DNA of 64,000 nucleotides from Actinomycetes bacterium. GTDB lineage: Bacteria; Actinomycetota; Actinomycetes; JAWWOW01. Positions 49,293-59,339 of this stretch are shown piece after piece. The notes beneath the pieces are model-generated. The model had not been told where the DNA came from, made no database searches, and worked only from the letters and a program-made list of their open reading frames with translations. The stretch's first letter is position 1. The number at the start of each line of letters is the position of its first letter. A program made the translations under genes and the position numbers. Location: contig JBJMHR010000013.1 of NCBI GenBank assembly GCA_045807285.1, positions 358,770 to 422,769 on the forward strand, written 5' to 3'.

Positions 49293-52200
49293 CTACTGCA
49301 CCCAGAGCTGGTCGATCAGTACACCGAACTGAGTATTTCGCGCGTAGTCGCCGGTACGCGGTGAGAGCACGTCGTAGTCACGGTCGTCTTCCAGGAAGAT
49401 CCACGGCGCCTCATCGGTGACGGCGCGGTCAATCTGCGACCAAGCCAAGCCGGCGGCAGCCGAATCGCTTGTTTGCTGCTGCAGCGCCTTCTCCATCTGC
49501 GCATCGATGTGGCGATCGCAGAAGGCCCCGGAGTTGAGGTTGTTATTGGGCTGGTCGGGAAGGATCGCGCCGCACGACAGGAGGACGTGCAGCACGTCGG
49601 ACGGCTCGGGAAAGTCGAGATTCCAGCCTGCCAAGCCCGTTTGCACGTGCTTGCTGAGGTCGTTCACGTACAGGAAATACTTCTCCGCAGTGCTATCCCC
49701 GGTGTCCGGGAAGCGTTGCACCTTCGCATCGAGCCCGATCGCGCGCATCGTCGCGGCGATGGTGTAGCCGACGTCGTAGCGGTCCGGACGCGCAACAACG
49801 GTGACCTTCGCTCGTTGGGCATGTGCCTCCCGAACGAGGTTTCGCGCCATCGCCAGGTCCGGCTCGGACCACCGGCCGCCGCCGTTGGGGTGCACGGTGT
49901 AAGGGCAGTACGGCTGGTATCCGCTGATGGTGGGCGTGACGACCTGACATGTGGCCTGACTGAGCAGCGAGCCGCCGAAGGCCCGGACGATCGCGTTTCG
50001 GTCGATCGCATAGTTGACCGCCCGGCGCACGCGAACGTCGTTGAACGGTCGCTCCCTGGTGTTCAGGAAGTAGTAGTGGGTGCCGTTGGTGGCAAACGGA
50101 TGTAACTGTTGCGTCTGTGTGAGCACCAGCTTGTTCAGCTGGCCCGGCTCCATCCGGTCCGGTGTCCAGTCGTACTTGGTACCTCGCGCGACGGCAGCGA
50201 TGTCGGCCTCTGCCGACGAGTTAAACAGAGACTTGGCGATCGTGACCTCGATCCGGTCTGGGTATCCGGCTGGCTGCGCGACTGCGGACCACTGGTGGAA
50301 CCACGGGTTGCGGGTGAGCACCGTCCGCGTCTTGCTGCCGCTGGTGATCACATACGGTCCGGTCCCGCCGTGCGGTCCGAGGCCAGTGTCCCCGTGAGGG
50401 GTGCTCGGTGGTACGACATCGAGAAACGGCAACGCCAGCTTGTACAGGAACTCGGGGTCCGCAGATGTCAGGTGGATGGTGACGACGCCGGTGGCGTCGT
50501 CGGGCACGACGCCCCGTGTCAGGTCACACGCACTCGGCTTGCATGCAGGCGCCCCGACAATCGTCTGGAAGTACGGCGTCGGCTGCGGACTGACGCGCAA
50601 GGCGCGTTCAATCGACGTCCGGACGTCGCTGGCCTTCACCGGCGTACCGTCCGAGAAGCGAATACCGGGTCGCAGTCGAAACGCATACGTCTTGTCGTTG
50701 TCCGACAAGGTAGGCAGGGCCGCAGCGAGGTCCGGCACGATCTGAGCACCAGCTGGTCCACCGGTCCTGCGGTACGTGACCAAGCCGTCGTTCGTCGTCG
50801 CGAGAATTGTCCACCCGAACAGGGTGAACGAGATCGACGGGTCGAGGCTGTCCAGCTGGTCCTGTCCGGCCACGATGCGGAGCGTCCCGCCGACGTGCTG
50901 GGCGGACGAGCCGCGGGCGCTGACCCATGCGTCGTTTTTCGTCACCGCAACGCCCTGGGGAGCGTTGCCGACTTTCACCGTGTCAACAACGCGGTTCTTC
51001 TTGGGGTCGATGCGCGAGACGGTGTCGGAGTTGCTGTTCGCCACCCACACGGCGTCGCCGCTCGCGGCGGCACCGGTGGGATCACGCCCGACCGGCACGG
51101 TGGCAATGACACGGTTGGTGGCCTGGTCGATATGAGTCGCGGTGTCGTCGAGTGCATTCGTGACCCACACGCCAGTGGGGTCGATGGTGACGCCCTCGGG
51201 GCCGTTTCCGACATTCACTGCAGCAATCACGAGCAAGGTCTTCGGGTCGATGCGTGAAACGGTGGACGAACCTGAGTTCGCCACCCAGACGCTGCCGAAG
51301 CCGAACGCGATTGCCGCCGGTTGAGCGCCCACGGGAATCGTCGCTATCACCTTGTCCGATGCAGGGTCGATGACGGACACCGTGTCGTCGATGAGGTTCG
51401 TCACCCAGACCCGATCAGCTCCAAACGTGACCGCAGAGGGCCCGGTGCCCACAGGAACTGGCTCAACGACCTTTCGCGACGCTTGGTCGATCCGCGAGAC
51501 GGAGCGATCGTCTGCGTTCGTCACCCAGGCGGCGCCACCACCGAGTGCAACACCACTGGGTCCGTGGCCGACCGAGATGGTGTTCGCCGGCGCTGTCGGG
51601 TCATGCAGGTCGATGCGCGAGACGGTGTCGTCGGCGGTGTTCGCCACCCAAACCGAGCCCGCATCCGCGGCTAGCGGACCAGGCGCTGTCCCGACGGGTA
51701 CGCGCCGGTGCAATGTGCTGCCGTCGATGCTTACCGCGCCGACAGCGTTGCTGCCGATTTCGTGCAGACCACCACCGCCGCCATTCGAACGTACGCCGAC
51801 AAAGATGGCCACTGCTGCGATGACGACAAGGGTTGCACCGACCGCGATGAGTCGACGTTGCCGTCGACGCGTCGCTTCGCGAGTCGCCATCGCCGTCTGC
51901 GTGACGGCCGCCTTGAACGCCGGGTTCTCAGCCGGGTCCCCGCCGGTCGCACGCACGCGCAGCACGCGCGGCGGCTCTTCGATGCCTTTCAGCTGCACCC
52001 TGCCCCGGTCGACGTAGTCGACACCGTCAATGCGCCGCGCGAGGTGAGTCGCCTCGCTGGTGGCGAGGACCTCGCCCGCGCCGGCAAGCGAGCACAGCCG
52101 CGCCGCCATGTTGAGCGCGCCGCCGCGATAGCCGTCCTGAACCGCGACGGCTTCCCCTGAGTCGATGCCGATACCCACGCCGAAAGGGAACAGCGGCTCA

Positions 52201-52478
52201 GCGATGGTCTCTTCTACGAACCGCGCCTGCAGGTCGAGGGCGCAACGAATCGCCTGCCGCGGCGAGACAAAGACGACAAGTGCCTCGTCGCCGCGGAGCT
52301 CGAGCAAGCGACCACCACGCTCCGGCACGACCGCCTGGACGAGCTCGGCGAACCGGGCAGCCAGCTGTCCGGCAGCTTCGTCGCCGCGAGTCTGAGTGAA
52401 GCGCGTGTAGCCGCGGACGTCAGCGATCAGGAAGGTTCGGACATCAGAGCCTGCTGGTTCCGGCTCCGAGTCCCTCAT
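49293..52478 (-). CDS. Class III adenylate/guanylate cyclase fused via one TM helix to YVTN-type beta-propeller repeats and a family-5 solute-binding-protein-like domain (1061 aa)
   Basis: N-terminal cyclase homology domain (FLIADVRGYTRFTQ...GDEALVVF...GIDSGEAV), TM LIAVGATLVVIAAVAIFVGV, about seven 40-residue G.P.G.A...VWV.N..D.TVS.ID repeats, C-terminal SBP_bac_5-like region. Confidence 0.85.
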   Translation of the reverse strand: MRDSEPEPAGSDVRTFLIADVRGYTRFTQTRGDEAAGQLAARFAELVQAVVPERGGRLLELRGDEALVVFVSPRQAIRCALDLQARFVEETIAEPLFPFGVGIGIDSGEAVAVQDGYRGGALNMAARLCSLAGAGEVLATSEATHLARRIDGVDYVDRGRVQLKGIEEPPRVLRVRATGGDPAENPAFKAAVTQTAMATREATRRRQRRLIAVGATLVVIAAVAIFVGVRSNGGGGGLHEIGSNAVGAVSIDGSTLHRRVPVGTAPGPLAADAGSVWVANTADDTVSRIDLHDPTAPANTISVGHGPSGVALGGGAAWVTNADDRSVSRIDQASRKVVEPVPVGTGPSAVTFGADRVWVTNLIDDTVSVIDPASDKVIATIPVGAQPAAIAFGFGSVWVANSGSSTVSRIDPKTLLVIAAVNVGNGPEGVTIDPTGVWVTNALDDTATHIDQATNRVIATVPVGRDPTGAAASGDAVWVANSNSDTVSRIDPKKNRVVDTVKVGNAPQGVAVTKNDAWVSARGSSAQHVGGTLRIVAGQDQLDSLDPSISFTLFGWTILATTNDGLVTYRRTGGPAGAQIVPDLAAALPTLSDNDKTYAFRLRPGIRFSDGTPVKASDVRTSIERALRVSPQPTPYFQTIVGAPACKPSACDLTRGVVPDDATGVVTIHLTSADPEFLYKLALPFLDVVPPSTPHGDTGLGPHGGTGPYVITSGSKTRTVLTRNPWFHQWSAVAQPAGYPDRIEVTIAKSLFNSSAEADIAAVARGTKYDWTPDRMEPGQLNKLVLTQTQQLHPFATNGTHYYFLNTRERPFNDVRVRRAVNYAIDRNAIVRAFGGSLLSQATCQVVTPTISGYQPYCPYTVHPNGGGRWSEPDLAMARNLVREAHAQRAKVTVVARPDRYDVGYTIAATMRAIGLDAKVQRFPDTGDSTAEKYFLYVNDLSKHVQTGLAGWNLDFPEPSDVLHVLLSCGAILPDQPNNNLNSGAFCDRHIDAQMEKALQQQTSDSAAAGLAWSQIDRAVTDEAPWIFLEDDRDYDVLSPRTGDYARNTQFGVLIDQLWVQ

Positions 52479-52578
52479 CGGTCCCTCCCCGCGCCGAAAG
52501 TGATCTTAGTCTCGAATCGAGGTCGAATCTCGAAGACGCCGATGCCGGCGATCACGTCGTCGCCGAATCCATAACCGG

Positions 52579-53025
52579 TCAAACGGTGGCAGTCCGCGCG
52601 CTTGCCTCGGCGTCGACGTTCACGGATCGGGCGCCACCCGTGAAGAAGCCGGTGAACGGCAACAGGACGCGACAGTGCACACCGACGCGGACCGTTGTCC
52701 CGTCAGCACTGATCTGCGGGTCGTCCAACGTCAGGTCAGTGAACCGGGCGGCCAGGCCGTTGCGATCGGCGTACGACTCGATGGCGGCCTGCGCGGCGGC
52801 CGGATCAATGCGAAGGTCACCGGAGGCACCATCGCGGTAGAACGCCGCTCGGTTAATGGCCTGGACAGCCGCGATGGCTGCGCCGTCGGCGGTCGACGCC
52901 AGCGCCCGACGGGCCAGATAGACCTTCGACACATCCGTCACAACCATGACGACCGCGGCGGCGATCAAGAAGTAGACCAGGACCAGCAACAACAGCTGCC
53001 CCGAGTCGTCGCGTCTCACCCGCAT
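52579..53025 (-). CDS. TadE/TadG-like pilus assembly (pseudopilin-like) protein
   Basis: N-terminal TM LLLLVLVYFLIAAAVVMVV; position in tad locus. Confidence 0.55.
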   Translation of the reverse strand: MRVRRDDSGQLLLLVLVYFLIAAAVVMVVTDVSKVYLARRALASTADGAAIAAVQAINRAAFYRDGASGDLRIDPAAAQAAIESYADRNGLAARFTDLTLDDPQISADGTTVRVGVHCRVLLPFTGFFTGGARSVNVDAEASARTATV

Positions 53026-53480
53026 GTCGTCTGCCCAGGTGGTGGCGCAGCGACAGCCTGAGCGAAGCAGTCGACGACCTCGTCGTGGTTGCCGTGCACG
53101 GCGATCGTCGCCGTCGACTGCCCGAACGACGGCAGCAACGGCAGCGCGACGTCGCCGTCGATCCGCACATGGATCGCACCGCCCGCCGTGTCACATTCCG
53201 GGAATTCGCAGGTGATCTGTAGTTGACCCGGCGCCAGGTCGAGACCCTGGTCACGCATCGCGAGCCGCGCCGCTTCGAACGCGTCGTCGTACGCCGACCC
53301 CTTTGCTCCTTCGGCGACGAAGACTCGCCCCGCCTCCCGGGTCGCCGCCGTCACGGCGTACGCCGACTTCTGAATATCGAGGGCGATGAGAATCGCGTAG
53401 ATGAGCGGCAAAAGCAGGAGCACTGCGAGGAACGAGAACTCCACGATCGCGTTGCCCTCGTCGCCGGAAAGCCGCTTCAT
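53016..53480 (-). CDS. TadE-like protein
   Basis: GNAIVEFSFLAVLLLLPL TadE N-terminal motif. Confidence 0.65.
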   Translation of the reverse strand: MKRLSGDEGNAIVEFSFLAVLLLLPLIYAILIALDIQKSAYAVTAATREAGRVFVAEGAKGSAYDDAFEAARLAMRDQGLDLAPGQLQITCEFPECDTAGGAIHVRIDGDVALPLLPSFGQSTATIAVHGNHDEVVDCFAQAVAAPPPGQTTCG

Positions 53481-53863
53481 CGGTGCTCTTGTAGTGCGTG
53501 GCCGTGTACAACAAGAGCGCGCGACGGCCCGGCGAACGCAACGACCGGCAGCGGCGCCTTGACCGTCATCTCAACAATCGGCGCGCCGCTGTCCATCACC
53601 ACTAGCCCGTGCACGTCGTCGGCGTACGACGCGCGGAGGCTGCTCGTGATGCAGTCCTTTGTACGCGTCTCTCCGTCGGCCAGCGTGCGGTCGGCGTTCG
53701 CGGCGTACCGCGCGCCTTCGCTCGCACATGCCACCAGTGTGTTCCGCACATGCAGGTCGAGCCCCAGTTGTACGACGCCGAGGAACAGCGGCGTCAACAA
53801 CAACCCGCCCACGAGGACGAAGTCCACCGGAGCGGCACCACGGTCGCCCCTTCGCCGAAGCAT
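53477..53863 (-). CDS. TadE-like protein
   Basis: APVDFVLVGGLLLTPLFLGVVQLG TadE-like N-terminus. Confidence 0.65.
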   Translation of the reverse strand: MLRRRGDRGAAPVDFVLVGGLLLTPLFLGVVQLGLDLHVRNTLVACASEGARYAANADRTLADGETRTKDCITSSLRASYADDVHGLVVMDSGAPIVEMTVKAPLPVVAFAGPSRALVVHGHALQEHR

Positions 53864-53865
53864 CG

Positions 53866-54054
53866 TCAGGGCGTCAAGCCACCCACGGCATTGACAGCTT
53901 TGCTGAACACATTGCCGAGCAGCGGGCTCGCGATACCGAATAATGCGATCACCAACGCCGCGGTCATGATGGTGACCAATACCCAGCCCGGCACATCGCC
54001 GCGCTCACCGTCAACCAGCGTCTGCTGCAGACGGACGATCAACCTTTCGAGCAT
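53866..54054 (-). CDS. Flp-type pilin-like small protein (DUF4244-like)
   Basis: 62 aa with single hydrophobic helix GWVLVTIMTAALVIALFGIA; sits between tadC and tadE-like genes as flp does in actinobacterial tad loci. Confidence 0.5.
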   Translation of the reverse strand: MLERLIVRLQQTLVDGERGDVPGWVLVTIMTAALVIALFGIASPLLGNVFSKAVNAVGGLTP

Positions 54055-54063
54055 GGTCCCTCC

Positions 54064-55002
54064 TCAGGGCGTGCTGAATGTGAGCCCGTAGTAACCGGGA
54101 AACAGCGCGAACAGAACAGTCACGGGAAGGATCAGGAACACGACCGGGATCATCATGGCGATCTCTTTGCGTCCACCCGATTCGAGCAAGGCGCGTCGAC
54201 CGGCTTCGCGCACGTCGATCGCCTGCGCGCGAAGCACATCGGCGAGCGGCGTACCTCGTTCGACGGCGATGACCATGCCGTCGACGAAGCGTGCGAGAGC
54301 GGAGATCGAGGTGCGCGCAGCGAGCGCATCCAGCGCGGTCGTCAACGCGACACCGGATCGCGACTCGGCCAATGCCCGCCGCAGCTCACCCGCGAGCTCG
54401 CCGCCGCTGATGCGTGACACGCGATCAATGGCGCCGACCAGACCTTCGCCCGCTGTGACGGCGAGGACGAGCAACTCCGCCACGGTCGGTAGTTCGGCGA
54501 GGATTCGCGACTCTCGCTCGCGAACTTCGCGTGAGAGCCACCGGTCTCGGGTCAACACTCCCGCAATGACGCCTGCGAACGTCAGCGCAAGGACAGGAAC
54601 TGCCGCGGTGACACCCCGTCGTACCCCGATGAGCAAGCCAAGAGCGAGGCCGACAGTCGCGCCGACGGTCCCCCATACGACTTGCTCTGCGCGGAACTCC
54701 TCGAGCGACATCCCGCGACCGGCTTGTTCCAGCCGGCGCCGGACTGGGCCCGATCCACCGAGCAACCGATCGAGCGCGCGCACCGCATCACCAAGAACCG
54801 GCCGAACAATCCGCTCTGCGGTCGGGAACGGCGTGAACGTGCGGTCACTCGCGAGCAGACGTGACGGTTGCGGCGCATCGAGCAAGTACGGCGCAAGGCG
54901 GCTATCGAGCAGCCGGCGCCGGCGCAGCACCGGTGTCGCAGCAACCGCCATAACGATTCCGGTGCCGGCGAGCAAGCCGAGCGCGGCTCCGGTGCCGTTC
55001 AT
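54064..55002 (-). CDS. tadC: Tad pilus inner-membrane protein TadC (type II secretion system F family)
   Basis: T2SS-F-like membrane protein; ATGA overlap with tadB stop. Confidence 0.7.
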   Translation of the reverse strand: MNGTGAALGLLAGTGIVMAVAATPVLRRRRLLDSRLAPYLLDAPQPSRLLASDRTFTPFPTAERIVRPVLGDAVRALDRLLGGSGPVRRRLEQAGRGMSLEEFRAEQVVWGTVGATVGLALGLLIGVRRGVTAAVPVLALTFAGVIAGVLTRDRWLSREVRERESRILAELPTVAELLVLAVTAGEGLVGAIDRVSRISGGELAGELRRALAESRSGVALTTALDALAARTSISALARFVDGMVIAVERGTPLADVLRAQAIDVREAGRRALLESGGRKEIAMMIPVVFLILPVTVLFALFPGYYGLTFSTP

Positions 55003-55856
55003 CGCAGCACCCGACGTTCCTGTGGCAGGCGGCCGATCCGCAGCATCAATCGGTAGGCCGAAAACGAGACTCCCCCGCCGACGAGCAGGATGACGACGCC
55101 GGCTGCGGAGTTGTACGCCGCAGCGGCTTGGCGGTTCAGGGCCAGCAGGCCCAACATGACCCAAGGCGCAGCCAGGGCAAGTCGCGCGCCGTTGACGGTC
55201 CACCCCTGTCGCGTCTCGAGCTCCGCGCGCGTGCGCGCGTCCTCACGTAAGAACGCGGACAGTGTGCGCAGCAGACGGCCGAGATCTGTCCCACCGACCT
55301 CCCGCGCGACCCGAAGCGACTCGACAATGCGATCAGCGACAGGGTCGGCGAGCGCGTCTTTCAACCGGTCGAGGCACTCGACAAAGCGGCCGCTCACCCG
55401 ATAGTCCACGGCGAAACGCTGGAATGGCCGGCGCAACGGCTCGGGCCCGCGCGTCGCCACCTCAGCCACGGCCTCGGGCAACGCCAGGCCCGCACGCACG
55501 CCAGACGCGATGTTGTCGACGACATCCGGCCATACGTCGCGCAGCTCTGTGGTTCGCCGGCGCTCCCGATAGCGCACCATCGTCAACGGCGCCACCGCGG
55601 CGAACACTGCGAACGCAAGGGCAATGGTCGGGGAACGGGAGACGGCTGCCGACGCAATGAACACGACGACTGCGGAAGTGGCGCACAGCGCGTAGAACTG
55701 GGCCGGACGCACCGATTCGACGCCGGCGCGGGTGAGCAGCTCCTGAGTGTGATCGGACAGCGATCGCCGACGACCAGCACGCTCGATTCGCCTGGACCCT
55801 GACTGCCAAGCGAGCAGGACGCCGATGCCGAAGAGCAGGCCGACGAGCGCACCCAT
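54999..55856 (-). CDS. tadB: Tad pilus inner-membrane protein TadB (type II secretion system F family)
   Basis: T2SS-F-like membrane protein; start overlaps tadA stop (TGATG). Confidence 0.7.
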   Translation of the reverse strand: MGALVGLLFGIGVLLAWQSGSRRIERAGRRRSLSDHTQELLTRAGVESVRPAQFYALCATSAVVVFIASAAVSRSPTIALAFAVFAAVAPLTMVRYRERRRTTELRDVWPDVVDNIASGVRAGLALPEAVAEVATRGPEPLRRPFQRFAVDYRVSGRFVECLDRLKDALADPVADRIVESLRVAREVGGTDLGRLLRTLSAFLREDARTRAELETRQGWTVNGARLALAAPWVMLGLLALNRQAAAAYNSAAGVVILLVGGGVSFSAYRLMLRIGRLPQERRVLR

Positions 55857-57103
55857 CAGCGCAGCAACTGCACGATGTCGAAACCGGCACTTGCGAACCG
55901 CTCGATGTGCGGAGGGAAGCCGTTGGCGCGGACGAGCGAGTCGTCCCGTCTCGTGAACAGATCCGCGATCTCGATGACGTCACCCTCGACGCGGCCCGGC
56001 ACCGCCACGATCTCGGTCACTCGTCGCTGGCCCTCCCTATCGGTCTCGATGTGCACCACGACGTCGACGGACGACGCGACGGTCGGTACGACGAAGGAGT
56101 GGTTGACGTTTTCACCAGCGAGCAACGGCAACGTGCACATCTTCATCACTGCTTCGCGCGCAGAGTTCGCATGGATGCTGCACATGCCTGGCAGACCACT
56201 GTTCAGCGCGATCAGGAGGTCGAGACACTCTGCCTGGCGGACCTCGCCCACCACTATGCGTGACGGACGCATGCGGAGGGCCTCTTTCACAAGGCGCCGC
56301 AACGGGATCTCACCGGTGCCCTCGAGGTTCGGCTGCCGCGTCTGCATCGACACGACGTCCGGCAAGGGGATCTTCAGCTCGAAGACCTCTTCCGTCGTGA
56401 TCACGCGTTCCCGCGCCGGAATGGCCGCGGCCAAGCAATTGAGAAGGGTGGTTTTGCCTGCTTGGGTCCCGCCCGCGACGATGACGTTGAGCCCTGCGAC
56501 GACAGCGGCCTCGAGGAAGCGCGCAGCCTGTGCCGTCAGCGTGCCAAGCGCAACCAGCTCGTCCAGCGAGTGCGCGCGCAGCACGAATTTCCGGATGTTC
56601 ACGGCCCAATGCCGGCGAGTGATGTCCGGGATCACGACATGCAGACGCGAGCCGTCGGACAGCATCGCGTCAACGAAGGGCATCGACAGGTCCACCCTGC
56701 GACCCGACGCCTTGAGCATGCGTTCGACGAGCTCGCGCACCTGCGCCGTGGTGAGGATGGTGTTGGTGAGCTCCGAGCGTCCGCACCGAGCGATGAACAC
56801 TCTGCCCGGCTCGTTGATCCAAATTTCCTCGACTGTCGGATCGTCGAGGTAGCGCTGCAATGGTCCGAGCCCCGCCACCGCGTCGTACAACATCCGCGCA
56901 GCGCCGGCCTGGTCGGCGACCTGCGGAAGGCTGCTCGTCAACGACCGCTCGTCGTAGTCGGCGAGCACGTCGTCGATTAACCGGCGGATCGCGCCGGCGT
57001 CCACCTCCGGATCGAGGCCACGCCGCCGGACCAGCTCGCGGACTTCGCCCTCGACCATCCCGAGTGCGTGCACGCCGCCTCCCCGTCGGCTCGTGAGAGC
57101 CAA
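55856..57103 (-). CDS. tadA: TadA/CpaF type II/IV secretion system ATPase
   Basis: Walker A AGGTQAGKTT, Asp box, Walker B, His box (CSIHANS); start may be GTG near 57073. Confidence 0.9.
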   Translation of the reverse strand: MALTSRRGGGVHALGMVEGEVRELVRRRGLDPEVDAGAIRRLIDDVLADYDERSLTSSLPQVADQAGAARMLYDAVAGLGPLQRYLDDPTVEEIWINEPGRVFIARCGRSELTNTILTTAQVRELVERMLKASGRRVDLSMPFVDAMLSDGSRLHVVIPDITRRHWAVNIRKFVLRAHSLDELVALGTLTAQAARFLEAAVVAGLNVIVAGGTQAGKTTLLNCLAAAIPARERVITTEEVFELKIPLPDVVSMQTRQPNLEGTGEIPLRRLVKEALRMRPSRIVVGEVRQAECLDLLIALNSGLPGMCSIHANSAREAVMKMCTLPLLAGENVNHSFVVPTVASSVDVVVHIETDREGQRRVTEIVAVPGRVEGDVIEIADLFTRRDDSLVRANGFPPHIERFASAGFDIVQLLR

Positions 57104-57251
57104 GGTGCGAACACAGTTATTACGGGGAAGGGCGCAGACACTAGTGCGTGGTGATCCGCCCGGCTAGTCCCATTTCGTCGTTCTGTGGACAACGAACCGG
57201 ACGAACAAGTACTGCAAACATCACGCGCATCAGCCGTGCCCGGTCAGCCGG

Positions 57252-59195
57252 CTATGGGAGACCAATCAAGGCTGTGTAGGTGTTCTGGTCGTTTGCACGG
57301 GGCGCGTTCGGCGCGCTGCCCTCACACACCGCAGGCGGGTTGCCCGGCGTCCCGGTCCCGGGGCAGAGGAACAGGTCCGGGTCGCGGGTGTCCGACCAGA
57401 TCGGGTAGGCCGTCGAATCAGTTGCCGTGAGGCCGATGTAGTCGCCGTAGAACAGACCGCTGAACTGCGTGGGCGGCGGCATCTGCGAGCCGGTGACCGC
57501 GACCTGGGTCCACGAGTGCAGGTCCGGGCTGCTCGACAAGGTGATGCCTGAGTAGCCGGTGTTCTCGTCGTTGCCGTACTGCCGGTCGTAGTAGGTCGTC
57601 ACGAACCGGCCACTCGGCGTGTACGTCGACCACTCCCAGAACTGGTCGGTATTGCCCTGGGCAGCCGTCGTCGTCACGACAGGCAGGTCGCGCACGTCGT
57701 GGTTGGCACCGGTGAACGACGCGCCACCGTTGTTCGACGTGCTGAGCACGATGTCGTTGTTGCACGCACCGGGCGTGGTGACGCCCTCGAAAACGTTGAG
57801 GAAAAAATCGCTGAAGCCCGCGGGGACACAGCCGTCGCTCTCGTTGCTGTGCCTGTTGATGTAAGAGCCGAACGTCACAACGACGTGCTTTGGATCCTTC
57901 GGGTCAGCCGCACCGGAGGGGTAGTTCACCGCGCGGAAGTACGAGTTCTGTTCGCTCTTTGTCGGTACGCATCCGCGGCCGGCGTCCTGGCCGGTGTAGG
58001 TCGCGCAGTCGGGCAGGTCGTAGAACCAGCTCACTCGCACCGGCTTGCCGAACGACTGACCGCCGTCGGTCGACGTCGACAGCAGCACCTGGTTGCGGTT
58101 GTCGTTGCCCGTCGTCTGGTTGTTGTAGTTGCTGTAGACGACGTAGAGCGTGCCGTCGCTCGCGGTGAACGGCTGCGAGTCCTGGTTCTCGTTGCACTTG
58201 CCCTTCGGCGTCGGGAGGCCGTAGGTCAGGTCACACATCGGGCTGCCGCGGCTGACGATAACCGGGGCGCTGAACGTCTCACCGAAGTCACTGCTGTACG
58301 ACTCGTAGATGTAACCGGTGCCGTTGCTAGCGAACTCCGTCCACGTGACGTAGACGCGGTCGCGGTACGGGCTGCCGACGTGGTTGTCGACCGTGAGGTA
58401 CTGCTTGTCCAGCAGCGTGTCGCCCGAGCCCACCGTATCGTTGTGCTCGCGCACCGGGCGGCCCGGGAAGTTGTACGACGCGCCGCCGTTCTGCGTCGAC
58501 CGGTACACGTAGAACGCGCTCGACTGGTCCTCGTTCGGCGAGACGCCGAACCCGCGCTGGAACACCTGGCAGGACAGGTACGCATTGCCGCGGGTGTCCC
58601 AAGCGATCGACGTGTCACCCGACGCCTGCCAGTACTGCCGCGCCTTGTTGCCGAAGGCCCCGCCACGGGTGAAGCCGTTCGGCGTCGTCGTGTCGGCCCA
58701 CGACTTGCCGCCGTCATGCGAGTAGGTGGAGCCGCATGTTCCGTCGCCGCGGCGGTAGTCGTTGTACGTCGCGACGAGGTGCGACGGGTCGGTCGGGTCG
58801 TGGGAGACCGCTGTCTCGTTCTGCGCCTGCGCGCGGCCCTGCAGATCGGGGTCGGAAAGGGCCAGGCAGTCCCGGTTGACCTTGCGGTCCTGACCGTGCG
58901 CGTTCGGGCAGCCGCTCGTGTCGGTGGGGAAGTAGGTCTTCGGCGCCGCGCTCGCTGCCTCACCCGAGCCTTCGTCATCCCCGGGGCCAACGCCGCTGTT
59001 CGCCTGGACGCCGCTCGACATCGGCTGCGTCAGCGCGTAGGACGCAGCGCCGGACAGCAGCCGCTTCTGTATCGGAGCGAGCGAGTTGTAGTTGAACGGC
59101 GTCGCTTTGGCGCCACCGGCCGTGAAGACGACGACCGGCACGATGGCCAGTGTCGCAACGGCAGCGGTTGCGATGAGACGTCGACGAAGACGCAT
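57252..59195 (-). CDS. Secreted BNR/Asp-box repeat beta-propeller protein (sialidase/glycosidase-like)
   Basis: Signal peptide MRLRRRLIATAAVATLAIVPVVVFTAGGAKA; Asp-boxes SHDGGKSW, STDGGQSF, SNNGGASF. Confidence 0.75.
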   Translation of the reverse strand: MRLRRRLIATAAVATLAIVPVVVFTAGGAKATPFNYNSLAPIQKRLLSGAASYALTQPMSSGVQANSGVGPGDDEGSGEAASAAPKTYFPTDTSGCPNAHGQDRKVNRDCLALSDPDLQGRAQAQNETAVSHDPTDPSHLVATYNDYRRGDGTCGSTYSHDGGKSWADTTTPNGFTRGGAFGNKARQYWQASGDTSIAWDTRGNAYLSCQVFQRGFGVSPNEDQSSAFYVYRSTQNGGASYNFPGRPVREHNDTVGSGDTLLDKQYLTVDNHVGSPYRDRVYVTWTEFASNGTGYIYESYSSDFGETFSAPVIVSRGSPMCDLTYGLPTPKGKCNENQDSQPFTASDGTLYVVYSNYNNQTTGNDNRNQVLLSTSTDGGQSFGKPVRVSWFYDLPDCATYTGQDAGRGCVPTKSEQNSYFRAVNYPSGAADPKDPKHVVVTFGSYINRHSNESDGCVPAGFSDFFLNVFEGVTTPGACNNDIVLSTSNNGGASFTGANHDVRDLPVVTTTAAQGNTDQFWEWSTYTPSGRFVTTYYDRQYGNDENTGYSGITLSSSPDLHSWTQVAVTGSQMPPPTQFSGLFYGDYIGLTATDSTAYPIWSDTRDPDLFLCPGTGTPGNPPAVCEGSAPNAPRANDQNTYTALIGLP

Positions 59196-59312
59196 ACTGA
59201 CTCCCCCGTCAGTCCAGATGCCGCGGCTCGGCACGCGTCCCGGACCGTACTACTCATACCGGGCTGTTTGCCAGATGTCCTCGCCGTGAGTTTCCGGTCA
59301 CGGTATGACGAA

Positions 59313-59339
59313 CGCCCGCCCACATGTCGTGGGCGGGCG
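59313..59339 (-). terminator. GC-rich hairpin CGCCCGCCCAC-ATGTC-GTGGGCGGGCG downstream of the 59366..59915 gene
   Basis: 11-bp perfect stem, 5-nt loop, followed on the minus strand by a weak U-containing tract (UUCGUCAUA). Confidence 0.45.

Noticed and set aside
35733-59234. Possible relationship between the two large secreted proteins (35733..37403 and 57252..59195)
   Set aside because: Only a short shared GDY-type motif near the C-termini; the first lacks clear Asp-boxes; insufficient to claim homology
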